DNA of 62,935 bases, filler included, from Rhabdomonas costata (taxonomy: Eukaryota): the NCBI GenBank assembly GCA_019059605.1. It is 11 parts of 11 records of this genome, joined end to end, with 100 filler letters (N's around TTAATTAATTAA, not from the genome) between each part and the next. Parts side by side here need not be neighbours in the genome. Positions count along the whole stretch, not along the records: positions 23,138 to 28,857 come from JAHMHO010000053.1; positions 28,958 to 34,564 come from JAHMHO010000054.1; positions 34,665 to 40,228 come from JAHMHO010000055.1; 8 more parts are not named here. One strand, written 5' to 3'. The translations under genes were made by a program, and so were the position numbers. How positions within the stretch are numbered: the stretch's first letter is position 1; every line of letters starts with the position of its first letter. Shown here in pieces: positions 24,522-38,436 of this stretch. The notes beneath the pieces were generated by a model, which saw nothing but the letters and a program-made list of their open reading frames with translations, ran no database searches and had not been told where the DNA came from.

Positions 24522-26801
24522 TTGGGCAGCGAGGGAGAGACAGGAAAACCCAAAAATCTAGGAATTCAACTCATCACCCTCCTTAAATTATAGCAACAAC
24601 AAAATACGCTTCTAGAGCACTCTTCAGGCCGTTGGGCAATTTTCCAAATGTCTCCAACTTCTTGTGTACCACCACCAGCGATCAATGTCAGGCAAATAAA
24701 TCGTGATGGCTAATTGGTGGGCGAAAAAGAAGGTAAACCAAATTACATTACAATATTCCGCAACGAGTGCTTTCACGCGGTTGGTGCATTTTCCACACTG
24801 CGCTCGGGATTGGGATTGGACGTGTTATGTCCAACGGAAATGAAGGGAAGCATGCCGACGACAGCCACCAATCGAGCTTCCACTGCATAATGGGGCGCAC
24901 TCGTCGAAGCGGAACCCGAGGCAACATCTGTAATGACAACAAGTGAGCCACCAAGGAAATGGGCCGAGGGCTGAGGCAACAGAAGGCACCGAGGCAAAAT
25001 TCGCAAAATATACAAATCTATAAAGACGCAAAAGCAAGGACCACAATACGGGCTGGAACTTCACCAAGCCTGAGGCAGACTCCGCCCCATTCACTCCCTA
25101 GATGCGATTCCCAATACTGCCTACATGCGACCTCTGCGAAGGAATTGGGACGCATCAATCATGATATATTTTTATAACTTTTTTTTTTACCTTTTTAACC
25201 TTTACCTTTTTTCCACACTATTAATGTCTTTGTGATGATTCTGGCGTGGTATGGCACGAGTGCGAGCTGGCAAGAAGGAAAACTCCCACCCAGGAGATGG
25301 CTTCTCTTAACCACTGCCGAAGATCGTTCACATATCCCTCAACAGGGCGTGCACGGAACCTTGCAAGGACCGAAGCAAAGTACCTTGGCTAAACGCTGCG
25401 CCGCAGGCAAGTACGCGCGAGCGCACGCACACGCTCCTGGAGCGAGTCATGCGTTATAGAGCAGATGAACAAAGTCACAAATGCTAATCGTTACAGTCCT
25501 CAATATGATAGCGACTGTCCTTCACTGTAAACCCCCGTATACCAGGTGCTTGCGAACGAGAAGGAGCTTCTCCGCAATACGGGCTGCCTCGGGGCGCTTG
25601 GAGTTGAGCCGTCACTTCCTGCTCAGGGGAAATCGCAGCCATCACGCTAACGCCACAACCCCCACAGCCGGTATCGCTGAGTGCGCCTTCGAGCAAAGGA
25701 TGGTTAAGGTGCACACCGAAAGACAACACAAGGATGTTACGGTGATTCCCGAGTGCTCGTTTTGCAACGAGAAGGTTGAAAACTACAGCTGACAGGAGCA
25801 AAAGAAAGCGAACCTGCCACACCGATAAACAAGGACTCATGGGGACAGCCACCGATGAAAAACACAATCAATACAGCTTGGGCATTTCGAACTCTACAGC
25901 GTTCTTGCGGTCTCCATTTGAAGGTTTGAAAACTGTCAGAAAAGGGCAAATGTTGCATCTGCAAGACCATGCGTCTGATGGTCGTAAGCCCTTGGGCGAG
26001 AATGTTCGATAAATTACGAGCAAAAGTCTCAGCAAGGGGGGAGCGAGGCTGGGAACTAATTCAACAAAGGATTGAATACCCGAAACCATCTACCCCCCCA
26101 CCCCATAAAATTCGGAAATGGGCATCCATTGATTACGTCTTTTCACTCGCCGTAGAAAACGATTTTGGAGTATTCTCACGAGTGTCCTATAAAAAGAATG
26201 AAAAGCTGCAACTTTCTCAGCGGGGGGCAGCCAAACCCGTCTCGGCAATCACTGCGGATCGATACCATCCTGCCGGTAGAAAGTGCCTATCGGGATTGCA
26301 TGGACCCAGCCAGGCATTCACCCTCGCATTCTTTGCGAGCAAACTTCCAGTTGCTCTGCAGACATGTCAGAAAGGTCGGCCGATCAATTATCGGGACTTT
26401 TGACTTCGCACACCTGCGGACAAGACGGTCTCCGCAGGGGAACGAGTAAGTCTGCTGGGGAGGGAACAACCCACGGCTGCGCGACAGCGTCAGCGGCGGA
26501 AAGGTACCAATGGAAGCAGGACGCAGTGAATCGGCATAGAGAATGGAAAGTGGGAGCGAGCAAGGGCCGTGGCAAAAGCCAGGAGACCCGTGACCGTCAC
26601 CGCGTCGAATGAAGAGGCACAAAACAGAAAACAGAAACTCACTCAGACTGAAAGTTCCACCAACCCACCAGCCCGCCCCAGAAAAAACCCTATCCCTGTC
26701 TGTTCCCTTCCCACGGGATGCATCAGCAGCACTGGGGAGGAAAATGAAGGTGTGTCTGTGCGGTCGTACGAATGCAGGGTGGGTGGAGGGGGACTGGGCT
26801 T

Positions 26802-28590
26802 CTACAGCGCTGCGATGGCGGCGCTGCAGCGGTTGCCCCAGGGGAAGCCCACGGGGTCCAGCACAGAGACGACCTCACTAAAGTGGGTGAGCAGGCTGTG
26901 CACCACGGGGTTGCGCATCGCCGCAAACACCGCGAGCTGCTGCCCCGTGAACGCTGCGTTGTACTCCTGCGTACGGGCGAAGAGGAAAGCGTCTGTGTGA
27001 GAGCGCTTCGCTGTGCCGTGGATCCGAACAGGGAAGCCGCTGGAGGCCGGCGATTCTATGCCGCGTGATGCGCTCTGGCTGAACTGTGATCCGTCAGATC
27101 TCGCACTGGGCATGTGTCCTTTCATACTTCGTGCTTGTGGTTGCTTGCACAACTGAAACCCAACAGAACACTCTTTCCAAATTTTGAGTTTTTTTTTTTT
27201 TGCGATTCTTCGCCATCCTTGCAACCCCAATAGCATAGAGCGCGTGGTCTTTGCGGATGGCGGTGGCGGTTCCAGTGGAAGCGGGGAGAACGAGAGAGCC
27301 TTCGTATTTTCGATCCTTTTGAACTGTGCTGGCGTAGCAGAAAGCGATGTAAAACTGACGCCGGTTGTCAGGACCAGTCGATGTTTGATTTCTGCTTTTT
27401 CGCATTCCTTTTCTTGTGAGCTGGCCGTTGCCTTCTCGTCAAATCCCTAAAAGTGTGTGTCTGTATCAGTGGCATGATGATGAGACTGTTTTTTTCTTGT
27501 TCCTTTTCCAAAACACATGGTAGACACACGGTTGCAAGGTGTTGTGCTCGTTGGGTCCTCTGAAAGTCAACGCGGCGGAGCACAGAAGCACAGGTTGCCG
27601 CACTACGGTGATTAGCGGTGGCCAGCGGTGCGGTATGGTGCTTGTCATCCACTTGCTCACTCGGTGACCCAGCCGTAACGTTCTTGTCATGTCGGCTGCA
27701 CTTTCTTCTTGACATCTCTCCCGGTAGGCTGGGCCTCGCCTCGCTGTCTCACAGTCAGTTTCGGGTGGTCTCCACCTGCCGTCGCCAGCCGTACTGCCCC
27801 GTGTCAACGATGATGTTGACCACGGGAGCGTGTTTACAGACGCATCCGGAATGACACGAATAGGTCAGGCGCACCAGACTTCCTCTCCCTTGTAACTCCC
27901 ATTAAAGCTCAGCACACTGGGATTCGATAAGAAGCATATACGGTGTACAATGATGGATGAAAAGGATGAAAGTGTTTGCCGTTTAAAAACTTTGCTTTGG
28001 AGCACGCTCGTTCGCTCGCTTTGGGTCATTACAGTGAGGATGGATAGTGTGGCCCGTACCTGGAGCTTTTCGGAGATTTTGGCGTAGGCCGGGTCGGAGG
28101 TCATCCCATGCTCAGTCATCAGGCTCTCCCACTGAGTGAGCTGCTCCACGGCAGCAACGACTTGGCGCAGCCCGTTGCACAACCCCTAAAAAGAGACAGG
28201 ACAAGCGCTACAGAGCGAAAAGAGAGGGCGTCCCTCGAAACCACACAACGCAGTGACTCGCAGACTCATTTTTCTACGGCCGTTATGTGATTGAGCCGTT
28301 GAATTGGCACTGGCAAATTTGCCACAACCGTTAAATGAAAAAAGAGGAGCTAGTCGGAGCACATTGCATATCAGCTCACCCTTGAATTTTGAAGCCCGGA
28401 AAGACAAAACAAAAAACAGAAGGACGCAAAGGTGAATATGCATGGTTGCGCAACGGCCCTAGATTTCTCGGGGGGGGGGCAGCAGAAATTTTGAAGAACA
28501 ACCTCACCACTGCGGGCGGCACATCAGACGCACCTGGACAAACTCTGTCTCCGCCGTCACCACCAGCAACAGCTCCTCGTTGCTGGGGCT
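26802..28590 (-). CDS. 3' exons of a hypothetical protein
   Basis: Exons ~28590-28534, 28185-28060 and 26966-26802 (TAG) join in phase 0: EELLLVVTAETEFVQ-GLCNGLRQ...KISEKLQ-EYNAAF...AAIAAL*. Confidence 0.55.
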
Positions 28591-29338
28591 GAACAACATG
28601 CACCCGCGTTCAAACGAGCGATGGTGAATTACCCCCTCCCCCCTCTCCCTCACCGCTTCTTTTATTGCTCTCATTCTACCTCTGAGAACCCGTGCTTGTC
28701 AGTGCCACATCGGTGTGCGGACCGTTTATGGGAACAGAATTTGGGGGGGCGGAGCAATAGTTCTCGGTTCCAATGGCTTGCGGTGGTTCGTTGTTTATTC
28801 ACGTTTTAGCATTCGGTTGAGAAAAGGAAAGTGGACACACCGACACCACCCAAAACANNNNNNNNNNNNNNNNNNNNNNNNNNNNNNNNNNNNNNNNNNN
28901 NTTAATTAATTAANNNNNNNNNNNNNNNNNNNNNNNNNNNNNNNNNNNNNNNNNNNNGGTGGGGGGTTAAGCGTATAACACCAATCCCAGTTAACGCAAC
29001 AGCCCCAATGACAGGAGCTAAGGTTTTCTGACTGAAAGCTCCGCAGTAACGCAGTAAAGGCAGCTATACATGCAAGGCCAGTGCAGCGATTGCACTAAAC
29101 TTCCACTGTTTTACGATGTCGCGAGAAGTAAGTAACCTGGCCAACCTGGACAGACATTCATGGGTGACACACGCGGAGTTCAGTTCGCGATGCATTGGGC
29201 CGCAAAGTGAAACGGCCGTAGACTGATGGTTTCTTCCGCAGCAATTACCACTCGCTCTCTCGCATTCATCTGCGAGAGAATACGCCCAATATCTTTTGCT
29301 GGCTCTGATATAGAAAACAGAAGTTGGACTAACCACAC

Positions 29339-29728
29339 CTTGACACCACGGTAGTCACACAGCACAGACATGCCTGGGCCGATATCCGAGGCCCCCACGT
29401 ACTCCGCAAGCTTTCGTGTCGCCACGCTCGTGATGCTGAGATAGCTAACCACCTCATTCTCCACCACTGTGCAGGCCAGGGTGCGGTAGCTCTGGCCAAC
29501 ACGGGCCAAAGCAGCATCTGCGTGCGTGCGGGTGAGGATAAAGGTCATCGCCCCGACGGTTATAAGAGAGAACACGGCGAGGGCAACGTGCAAGAGGCGG
29601 ACCGGAACCCGCGGGCACCCCGGAAAGCGAGGGGTCTGCGGAGCGGGGGGCGAGGGCTGGATTGGAGTGGGCTGCCTTCCAACGGACTTGGTGCACACAG
29701 GGGAGAGGGAGATTTCTCTTTGGATCAT
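29339..29728 (-). CDS. First exon of a membrane protein, possibly a second receptor-type cyclase
   Basis: ATG at 29728, 130 codons, GTGTGG donor. Pro-rich leader, one TM (LLHVALAVFSLITVGAMTFILT), then a helical stretch. It lies downstream of the cyclase gene on the same strand. Confidence 0.5.
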
Positions 29729-32700
29729 TTTTAGCGGTGACACGACAGTCTCACGACTCGGGGTGATGCGGGGGCAGGGGGGTAACTGTGAAACAAAAGC
29801 ACGGGGAACACAAAAAGCGACAGCCAAGGTCTGGGAGTGAGTTCCTTTTCAAAAAAACAGAAGGTCGGGTAGATGTGACCAATCGATGCAATGAGTCGTG
29901 ATTAGATTACACAGGGCTGCAAAACAACAGAGGAATTTCTCAGCACGGGAGAGAAGAATCAGGGGGGACAGCGGTCCAAGCTATAAGCGGTCTTTTAATG
30001 TCCTTCATAACGCACCACACCGAGAGGCACTCTGGATGAAGGAGGGAAAAAAGCAGACGACGTCAACCGTCTCCGGCATACCCGACAGCCACTGAAGACG
30101 GTCTAATCAACTCAGAAGATCCTGCCATGAAAAAATCCTCGAACGTTAAGAATGGGGGCGTGTGTGTAAAACCAAAATAGAAGACACAGCACTGTCACTG
30201 CGTAGTTTAATTCTCGCCTCCAGCGGCACCCTGATCTCAAAAACTCAAAAACATACCCCAGCCCGAGGGAGCTCCCCGAACAAGAAGCTTTGCAGCAACA
30301 GTTGACCGCCGTGCGCCCACTCCGACGAAACCACACGGAGCCCCCCCCCCAGGCAACTAATCTCGTGTTAGGGAGTGTTTCCCGCTCTTTTTCAGATCAT
30401 GTTTTCTTTAATTGACCTTGAGAGTTTGAGAGTATGGTAAGGATGCAGTGATCAAGGGCACCAGGCTCAGGGTCCACACCAACACTATAGACGGCAGTTG
30501 GGGTCTAAGACCTGGCTGAATGCTCGTGGGAAGGAGAGAACAAAATTCAAAAGCTGAGACTAAGAAAAAAAAACCAGCACGAAATCGAGGCGAGAGACGA
30601 AGCAACATTTTAACAACGGTATGGGCGGGATGTGATGCCAACGGACCAACAGCCTTTCGGTCGGTACAGTCGGCTACCTATGTTGCCTAGGGGCGAAAGC
30701 TCCTGTAAATGGGGTCACTTCTCTGGCACACACAGTGCCATGGAAGAAAAACTGAAAACTGCCATCCTTGACCTACAATAGTGGGGACATAAGGAGCGCT
30801 TCTCGAGGTTCCTTCGCCACTGGAATCCCGCAGAATGGTCCGCAGAGCAAACCCCGCTAGCGTGAGTATTCAATTTGCACACGGCGCTAAACGACCCGCT
30901 AATGGTCTCATGTGGAGAAAACCCGCCTCAGCTATTATCCTGCAAAAAAAAAGAGTAAACATCGGTGCTGGCACATCGGCGTGCAGGTGTCAATTCATCA
31001 ATTCATAACACTAGGAATTGCTGGGGACGTGCATCGCTCGCTTACCCCATCAAAGAGCTTTCCCTCATCCAAAATGTATGCCGTACAAGTAAAGGAGCGC
31101 CTTTGCCATTTAAGCTGCTTATGCTGCTTGTTTACACACACTCCCCCTGCTTTTGCTGGTGCTTTCTTTCCCGTTCAGCCCCCACCCCGACTCGGGGTGA
31201 GGTGGGGATGGAAAACGGGTGCAGACGGGGCAGGCCCATACAAAGTCCGGTGGAAAGAAGGTCCAGCAGTTAAAACTAAGCGGTGAATGCTTTCAGTGGC
31301 GAGCCTCACTGATGGGTCGATCAGCCTCGATAACAGGTCACTTTACATGCCCACAGCAATGCGCATCGGTTTGTGCGTTTTGTGTGTTTCAGGGTAAGGG
31401 TGACTGGAACAAACTGCTGGAATCCAAGAAAGGCAAACGAAAGGCACAGCTCCAATCACCACACAGGGTTCCCGGGGGTTCCCAACAAAGGTCAATTCCC
31501 AGTGCTGAACAGGGAGTGCAAGAGATGTAGGGTGGCCAAAAATTTTAAGGCGACCTTCAATTCCAGTACACTCCAAATCGAGAAGCAGCTGGAGTCTCCC
31601 GGGGCGCAGCAAACGAGGGGGTATGTCAAAAGAAAAGCAAAAAGGAAAGAAAAGCAAGCAGCAGATGACGATCTCGGGCAGTCATCCCCGTTGGCCGTGA
31701 GGTTCCAGTTTTTTCAGCAGAGGGCGTGCTTTGGGTGGACAATAAAACCATTGTGTGACAGTGTCTGTAACTGTGAAATCTAAAACAACGATACGGCACT
31801 GCCGCTGCGAACTGGGGGACTGCAGGGATACATCCCATCCCTCACTACACCGTTTCCAAGGTCGCCCTCGACGCGCTAACGCCCGAGGTTGCCTACAAAC
31901 CTGATGACGCAGCTTCATAATATGTGCACGGAAACGCCCATCCCCCTTTCGGACAGCACTCCACTTAAAAGCTGTCCGGAAACAGGAACGCAAGGAAAGC
32001 CCAAACGGGGCCCAAAACTAGCGTCCGCCAACGGACGCCGAGAAAGAGACACTTCTGGTCATCCAACATGGCGCGTAAAAAAGCATACACACACAGTCTC
32101 TCTCTTTCGCGCAACATTGGCACACACTCCACTCGACTACCCCACACAAGCCTTAATCATGAGCGGTCATTTGACAGCACAATCCCTACAACACACTTCG
32201 CAGAGCACGAGCTTTCACTTAACCGTTTCTCGGTTACTACCTACCACCACTGACAGGAAGGGAGGAATTGAAGAAAGCACAGAGGAGCGCCAAGCCATCC
32301 TGTAACGGAACGGGAGAAGACGGGCGAGGGGGCAGCGGGTGGGTGAGGTTGCCAGAGCACTGACTCGCTCGCTGTCTTGCTCGCACCCTAACTTACCCAT
32401 TCGCTCCCCAAGTACAGAAAAAGTGAAGAGCAAAAAAAGAGCAGAACCTGTGTTCCCATATTCTGAAGCAGGAAGAGAGAAACTGAGGGGTGGGGTAAGG
32501 GTGAGGGTACAGGAGTGGGGTGAAAACAGGCCTGTTCCAGAACACACACACACACACACACAACACAAAGTCGATGGGAACGTCAAACCCATACAAAAAC
32601 CCACATCTTCTCACCGCACCCCCATGCAGTGAATATGGTGACGAGAACACTGCAAACCTGCGCAGCCGTGCACCTTGTCACGGCAATCAACTCGTTCGCG

Positions 32701-32885
32701 GCAACCCACATACAAATAAAACCCACTATCAGCCACGTGAACCAAAGAAGTCGAAGCACGTGAACTGAGTCTCTGGACCCCCCTAGGCCAGGAAACGGAA
32801 GAAGAGTGAATGGAAAAAATGGAAAAGGAGGGGCAAGGGTCCCCGACAGCTTACAGGGGAGTCCGGAACATTTCTGCGCTTCTTC

Positions 32886-34397
32886 TTAAGGCTTAAATGG
32901 AATCTCAAGGCCGTTCGGATACATCTGCACAACACGGGCCAAGGAGGACAAAGCCTGCGCCACGTCTTTGGACTCAGGGCTGCTCCCGGGCTCGGAAATT
33001 ACCGCCTCCAACGGGATTTTGTCAGAAGGAAACGGGGCGCCCACCCGTTGCAGCCGGAGGTACGAACTGAAGAGCTGAAAGAGGGTCTCTAGCGGGGACG
33101 CAGGGGCGCACAACGCGCTATTGGAGCTTGAGCCAGTCAGGGCATGGCCGGGGCTGAGCTCGCCGCGTTGAGCTATGGTCTGCTGCCCAGCGAGGCTATA
33201 CATCCACTCCTAAGCAAAAGGACCCCGTTTTGGGAAAAGAGAGAGCCGATCACACCAACGGAAGGCTCCTGGGGGTCAGAACCACAAGACTCCCTCCCAC
33301 CCACGCCACGTCCCCGCCTCATCCGTCTGCTCCGCCCGCGCGGCGGACTGGAACCAGCAAAATGAACACAACGTGCAACGCCGTTAAACATTTAACGCAC
33401 CCCCCCCCCCAAAAAAAAGCAATTGTCCTCATTAGAGCAGTGAGGATTACCTTTGGTAGCGGGATTGCGAAAATAGCTTCGGCCAGGAACGCAGGGGACA
33501 GGATCTGGTGATGAGGAATGGAAATTTTTACAAGCGATAAGTGAAATGGGAAAGAAGAGAGAAGAGCACCTGGTCTCTCAACGAGCTGGGGAACTCGCGT
33601 GTGGGGTGGTAGACCGGAAGCACGCCGGTCGAGGGGTATCGTAGCACCGCAGCTGGGAGGCACTGAATCTGACAGTCCACCTGCCGCACAGGAGAGCGAG
33701 TAATGAAACAAAATGCATCTCTCACGCAAAGCCGTGATCACCTAACCGGAAACATGAACCGTCCCCATTCAACAGAAAAGAAAGCAAGCGAACGCGACCC
33801 GATAACCACCAACCACCGCCACGCATGAAAAAATCAGACTTCAGACACCACATTGGTAGGGGGTACTCGCACCTGCTTTGCGACGGCCTCCGTGATCAGT
33901 ACAGGCACCCCAAGCGCCTTGCACGCAACCTTCTGCACCGCAACAGCCTGGCCCACAGCCTCCCCGACCACAACAAACCTCCTTAAAGCATCGCTCCCAA
34001 GGTTGCCAAAGCTCACTGACGAACTGGCGATGCCCACTCGAAGACCCAGCAGGGCTGAAGAAGCCTCGACTTCACCTGGGAGGCTCTCTGCGATCGAAGG
34101 GGAGGTTGTCGGAGGGGTGGTCACCACATACGCCAGCCCACGCAGGGACAACAGCTCTTCCGCGCGCGACGGGTAAGGTCCTGTCAAGGGCGGCTTCAGA
34201 GGACGAAGCTGAGCTGTGCACCACTGCCCAACAATCTCCAGTGCGCACTTTACCGCACGGTACTCCGCTCGCGTGCACCGTCGAGGGACGTTGAACAGGG
34301 TCAGCACGCGGTCCCCAAGAATGTGGTCCACCAGCCCGCGATGCGCTGTGACCTGCTCATGGATCACTTCGATGTAGCGGTGGTAAACGCGCTGCAG
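32886..34397 (-). CDS. Class III nucleotide (adenylate) cyclase-like protein, last three exons; catalytic motifs degenerate
   Basis: Phase-0 exons 34397-33873, 33680-33570 and 33209-32886. Motifs GLVDHILGDRVLTLFN, LRVGIASS..FGNLG..RRFVVVGEAV, VLITE and C-terminal EWMY. Confidence 0.85.
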
Positions 34398-35378
34398 CTG
34401 TGGAAGCGAGCCACCCTACGACTCGATGACCGCAGTTACAAAACAAAACAGAGAAGCAACGCGATACTAGGATCCAGTTCTACCGAAAGAAAGAGCCTTC
34501 CACAGCATTATTTGGAATTAACACGGCTGCCGGTTTGCTGTCTGATCCGTTTTGCACCCCCCCANNNNNNNNNNNNNNNNNNNNNNNNNNNNNNNNNNNN
34601 NNNNNNNNTTAATTAATTAANNNNNNNNNNNNNNNNNNNNNNNNNNNNNNNNNNNNNNNNNNNNGGTTGTTTTGTCACATATGCTGTGCTATCACAGTTT
34701 TTGGTGCTACTCTGTTGTTACGCAGCTGTGGTTTGAAACGCCCACTGTTGACATGACGCGCCGAATAAGCGAGAAGCATTGGGGCTCGCAAAAAACATAA
34801 ACCCGTAACAAATGCTGCTGTAATCGTAATTGTTGCTATCGGTCTCGGAAGAGTGAACCCGCTGTCTGGGTTTCCCCCGCCCCCGATCTAACGATGCGCC
34901 CCTCTTTGAACATGACGGGAGCAAAGCGAAAACATGACGAGCCGTGTAGGAACTTGATACTCATAAAGGGAATCTTGTGAGGATATGTACACCCCAAAAC
35001 GGTGAGGACCCAGGTGTGACGCATTTCAACCTGAAGTTGCCAAACCTCATCTAAGTACCATCGCCTTCAGCACAATGATAAAATGATCCCCCGATGCCAC
35101 CCGCCATGTTCGTTCGCACACACACATGACAAAGAGGACTTGTTTCTGCTGCAACACGAGAAATTTCTCCATTGGAATGCTAACGGATGGTAGGTGAAGA
35201 TTGTGGGGCGCGTGTGGCTCACAAGATATTTTCTTTTTCGTCTCCGTTTATCATAAATTACGAAGTCGATGGATAAATCAAAACGCGGATTCCCCGATTC
35301 TCGAGTGAGTTCACGGTATATTGCTTCATATTATCATTATAAATCCAGCACTGCGCCGCTCCCCTGAGTCTTGCATAC

Positions 35379-37751
35379 CCAGCAAAAGTGGTGTGTATGT
35401 GGGACCCCAGGTCGGCGTCGGACAGGGCCAGCACAGGGCCCGGGACGTCCATCCCCGAGACCTCCACGAAGTTCTCTCGGCGGTACTTCGCCGCCGCGGC
35501 GTCCTCCCTCGACACCGTCACCCTGTGTGCACACATGCGTGCGCAAGCACACAAAATACAAAACACCAGTCACCACCACGCCCTCTTCTCCCTTTTGCGT
35601 CACGCCCGTGTTGTTGTGCTCTTCCAGCCCTCGTCTCTGTTCTGGATTCGTGCTGAAGTCCTGCGAACTTTCACCTTCGATTTCTTTTACCTCTCCTCCT
35701 TCCCCTCCCCTTCTTTTTTTCCGCAGTTCCCTTGCCTACTTGAACACAACACTGGACACCACATTGAACACAACACTGGACAATGTTGCATTGTTCCCGT
35801 GAACTGTTGCCAATACAAAACACAAATCCGCTGGCACGCTTGAGACTTCGTCGACTAAAAATGCATTAGTATGGGCAAAAAATCACAAGAACTGGGTGAG
35901 AAGAGGAAGCAACCTGAGCGGTGACACAGTAAAACCACCAAGACAAGCAAAAAATATATAGAAATGAATAATAATGGAAGGTATGCAGGGAATGACCCTT
36001 GACGTTGCATGAGGATGACGTAACGGTCAGTAGAACCCCCACTCGGGCGAATGAAAATGTGAAGTCAGGAGTAGGGATACTTCGAACGAAAGTAGGGAGC
36101 ATGGACCACCTGAGCAAATGGGACAGGTTGAGATTAAAACTAGAGCCCGCGCTGGCCGGCTTCGGCGTTGGTTGCGGAGCGCCATCCGTGACGGCCTGAG
36201 TCGATCCCGTGCTGGCTTTCTTTGTGGGGCGAGGTGATGATGGCTCTGCCAGCTCGGGTTCACGCCCACGCTTGGCACCGGCTGCCAAATTAGCGCCCGG
36301 TATGGCGTTGTTGGCCTTCATTGAGACGGGCTGACCGCAAATCATCAGAGGAGGCCCCCGCAGCGCCTGAGAGAGCCATGAACTCTAGGGGTCAGGAGAA
36401 ATTTCACGTTTCGGGCACAAGTCCGTTTCGTGTTTTGCGATTTTCAAGGGTTTTATGCGCTTTTTTTTATACCTTTTGGAGTCTCATTACCTGTGCGCGG
36501 GCGACATGTTCAACTCTGGGAAAAAACCCTCAGAAGACACTGAGACTCTAAGAAGACTTTATAAAGCACTCCTTTTCAGCTGTAAGAACATTCTCCATCA
36601 TATTCGAATGAGAAACTCTTCCTAGGATCTCCTTGTGCTGTGCGAGGAAAGTTGTGCAAAGTAGAGACTCGAAGCCTGCTTCGGCGTAGCCCTCTCTGTT
36701 CAAGTATATGCAAGGAAAGTTACTGAAAATCTTGTAACATCATCGGGGAGGAACATGTCAAGCGGTACCGTACGCAGGGAAATGTGTTCATCGCTCATTT
36801 CTTCATTTACAAAGCTCGCTGGATAGCAAGCGAACAAGTAGGGAATTCTTGAATTCTTCGTAAGAGTGTGCTTTTGGTGGGCCGGGAAAGCGCTTGGCTA
36901 CATCTCCAGGAGGGTGGTGGTGGGGAGGCTCAGTCTCGAACCCAAATTTATTGCGCCTCGACTTCGGTGCACAAAAATAGAACACAAGACCCCTATTCGA
37001 ACCTATTCGAACGGTGCAAACGAAAATTGGCCGGTGACACTGCGGGACCAAAAAATCAGCCTGTTAAAGATGATGACAATCATGCAGAGTCTGGAATGAG
37101 TCACATACCTTCCTCTTTTGAGTTTTTGGGGAAACTATTCCGTAAATTTGCTTAAGTGAGGTGGGTGCCGATGGTTTGCCGAAAAGAAAGCCATTTTTCA
37201 ATTTTTTCTTAAACCTTCAGGTGTAGCTGCAAGCGTTGACTCACAAGAAACCAACCACCAGTGCATTTTCTTCATATTTCCGATTGCTGCTATCCATGTG
37301 AAAAGCACCCGCTTCTGAACTGGAATGAGAGGCACCTTACCACCCATGATTAAACTGCGCACGCTCCCTTCAATCCATCTATCCGCAAGGCACGGTAGCG
37401 TGATAGGTTGTCGAGAGGAAAGAGACAACAGAAAGTAATACGCGATGACCAATGGAATGCACGAGTTGGGTGGAAGTGATGGCGGGACCAGGCAAAAGTA
37501 GAGGAAGGAGTAAAAAAGAGCACGCGCACACTCAGCACAACCCGAGCCGCCAGCTCCTTGGAGGAAAACGTGATCCACCCGCAGCCCTTGAACTTCCCCC
37601 CGGGCCGCAGAAACTTCACCTTCGCCACGGACCCCAGGCCCAGGTTCTGCTGGAAGTGCGAGCTGACCATCACCCGCGAGACGCCTTGCGGGAGGTGCCG
37701 CAGGAACACCACCCGCTCGTCCCCTCGGTTGTCCCTGTCCACTCGGGTCAT
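35379..37751 (-). CDS. RRM-domain protein whose third exon resembles the leader of a DBP2/DBP3-like DEAD-box helicase (partial)
   Basis: In-phase exons 37751-37542, 36366-36110 and 35522-35379. RNP2 VFLRHL, RNP1 KGCGWITF and ICGQPV; then KYRRENFVEVSGMDVPGPV...DADL. Confidence 0.7.
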
Positions 37752-38436
37752 GTGCTCTGCTTCGGCAGACCCACAAGGCAGATCGGAAAAGGGAGAAGAG
37801 GGAAGAGAAGAGGAAAGACAGTAGATTTGGAATAGCGCTGCGGCAAAAGGAGTCCGCAAAAAATTGGAATCACAAAAAAGAAAGGCGCTCACATGGGTGT
37901 ATGCATCCCCCGGCTGGAAGAGCATTGGGGCAGTACTCCGGATTTGAGAAGGGTTTGAGCTTCAATCTTCGTAAAGTTATATTGCATGACAAAATGCATG
38001 GTACAGACTCCTACAAAGTTCAGCACAGCTTCATCTTTCCTGGGTAATTTACCCCACTACCTCACAAAAACACTAAAACTGCGCTTGTGTTTTACCGGCG
38101 TGTTGTAGGTAAAACAAATGTCCACAGTGAAACATGCCAAAGGGGATGGCACCCCCCACCACACACACACACACACACTTCGGCACGTCCCAAAAGATCT
38201 GCAGGCTGCACTCTTAATCTCAATGCTTCAGGTGTTTTACGGTTCACGGTACTTCCTCCTGCGAAAAAAGCTGTGTTGCACATTGCATACGCGGGCAAAG
38301 CGGCCCAGCAATGCTAGCCGATGGGGACTTGCACCACGCATGCAGGAGCAGCCATCGTATGACATCAATCTCGGCTCTCAAGGAACGCCGTGGGCTCACT
38401 TCTACTGCTGATGCCCTGAGTTAGCCTGGGCTTACT

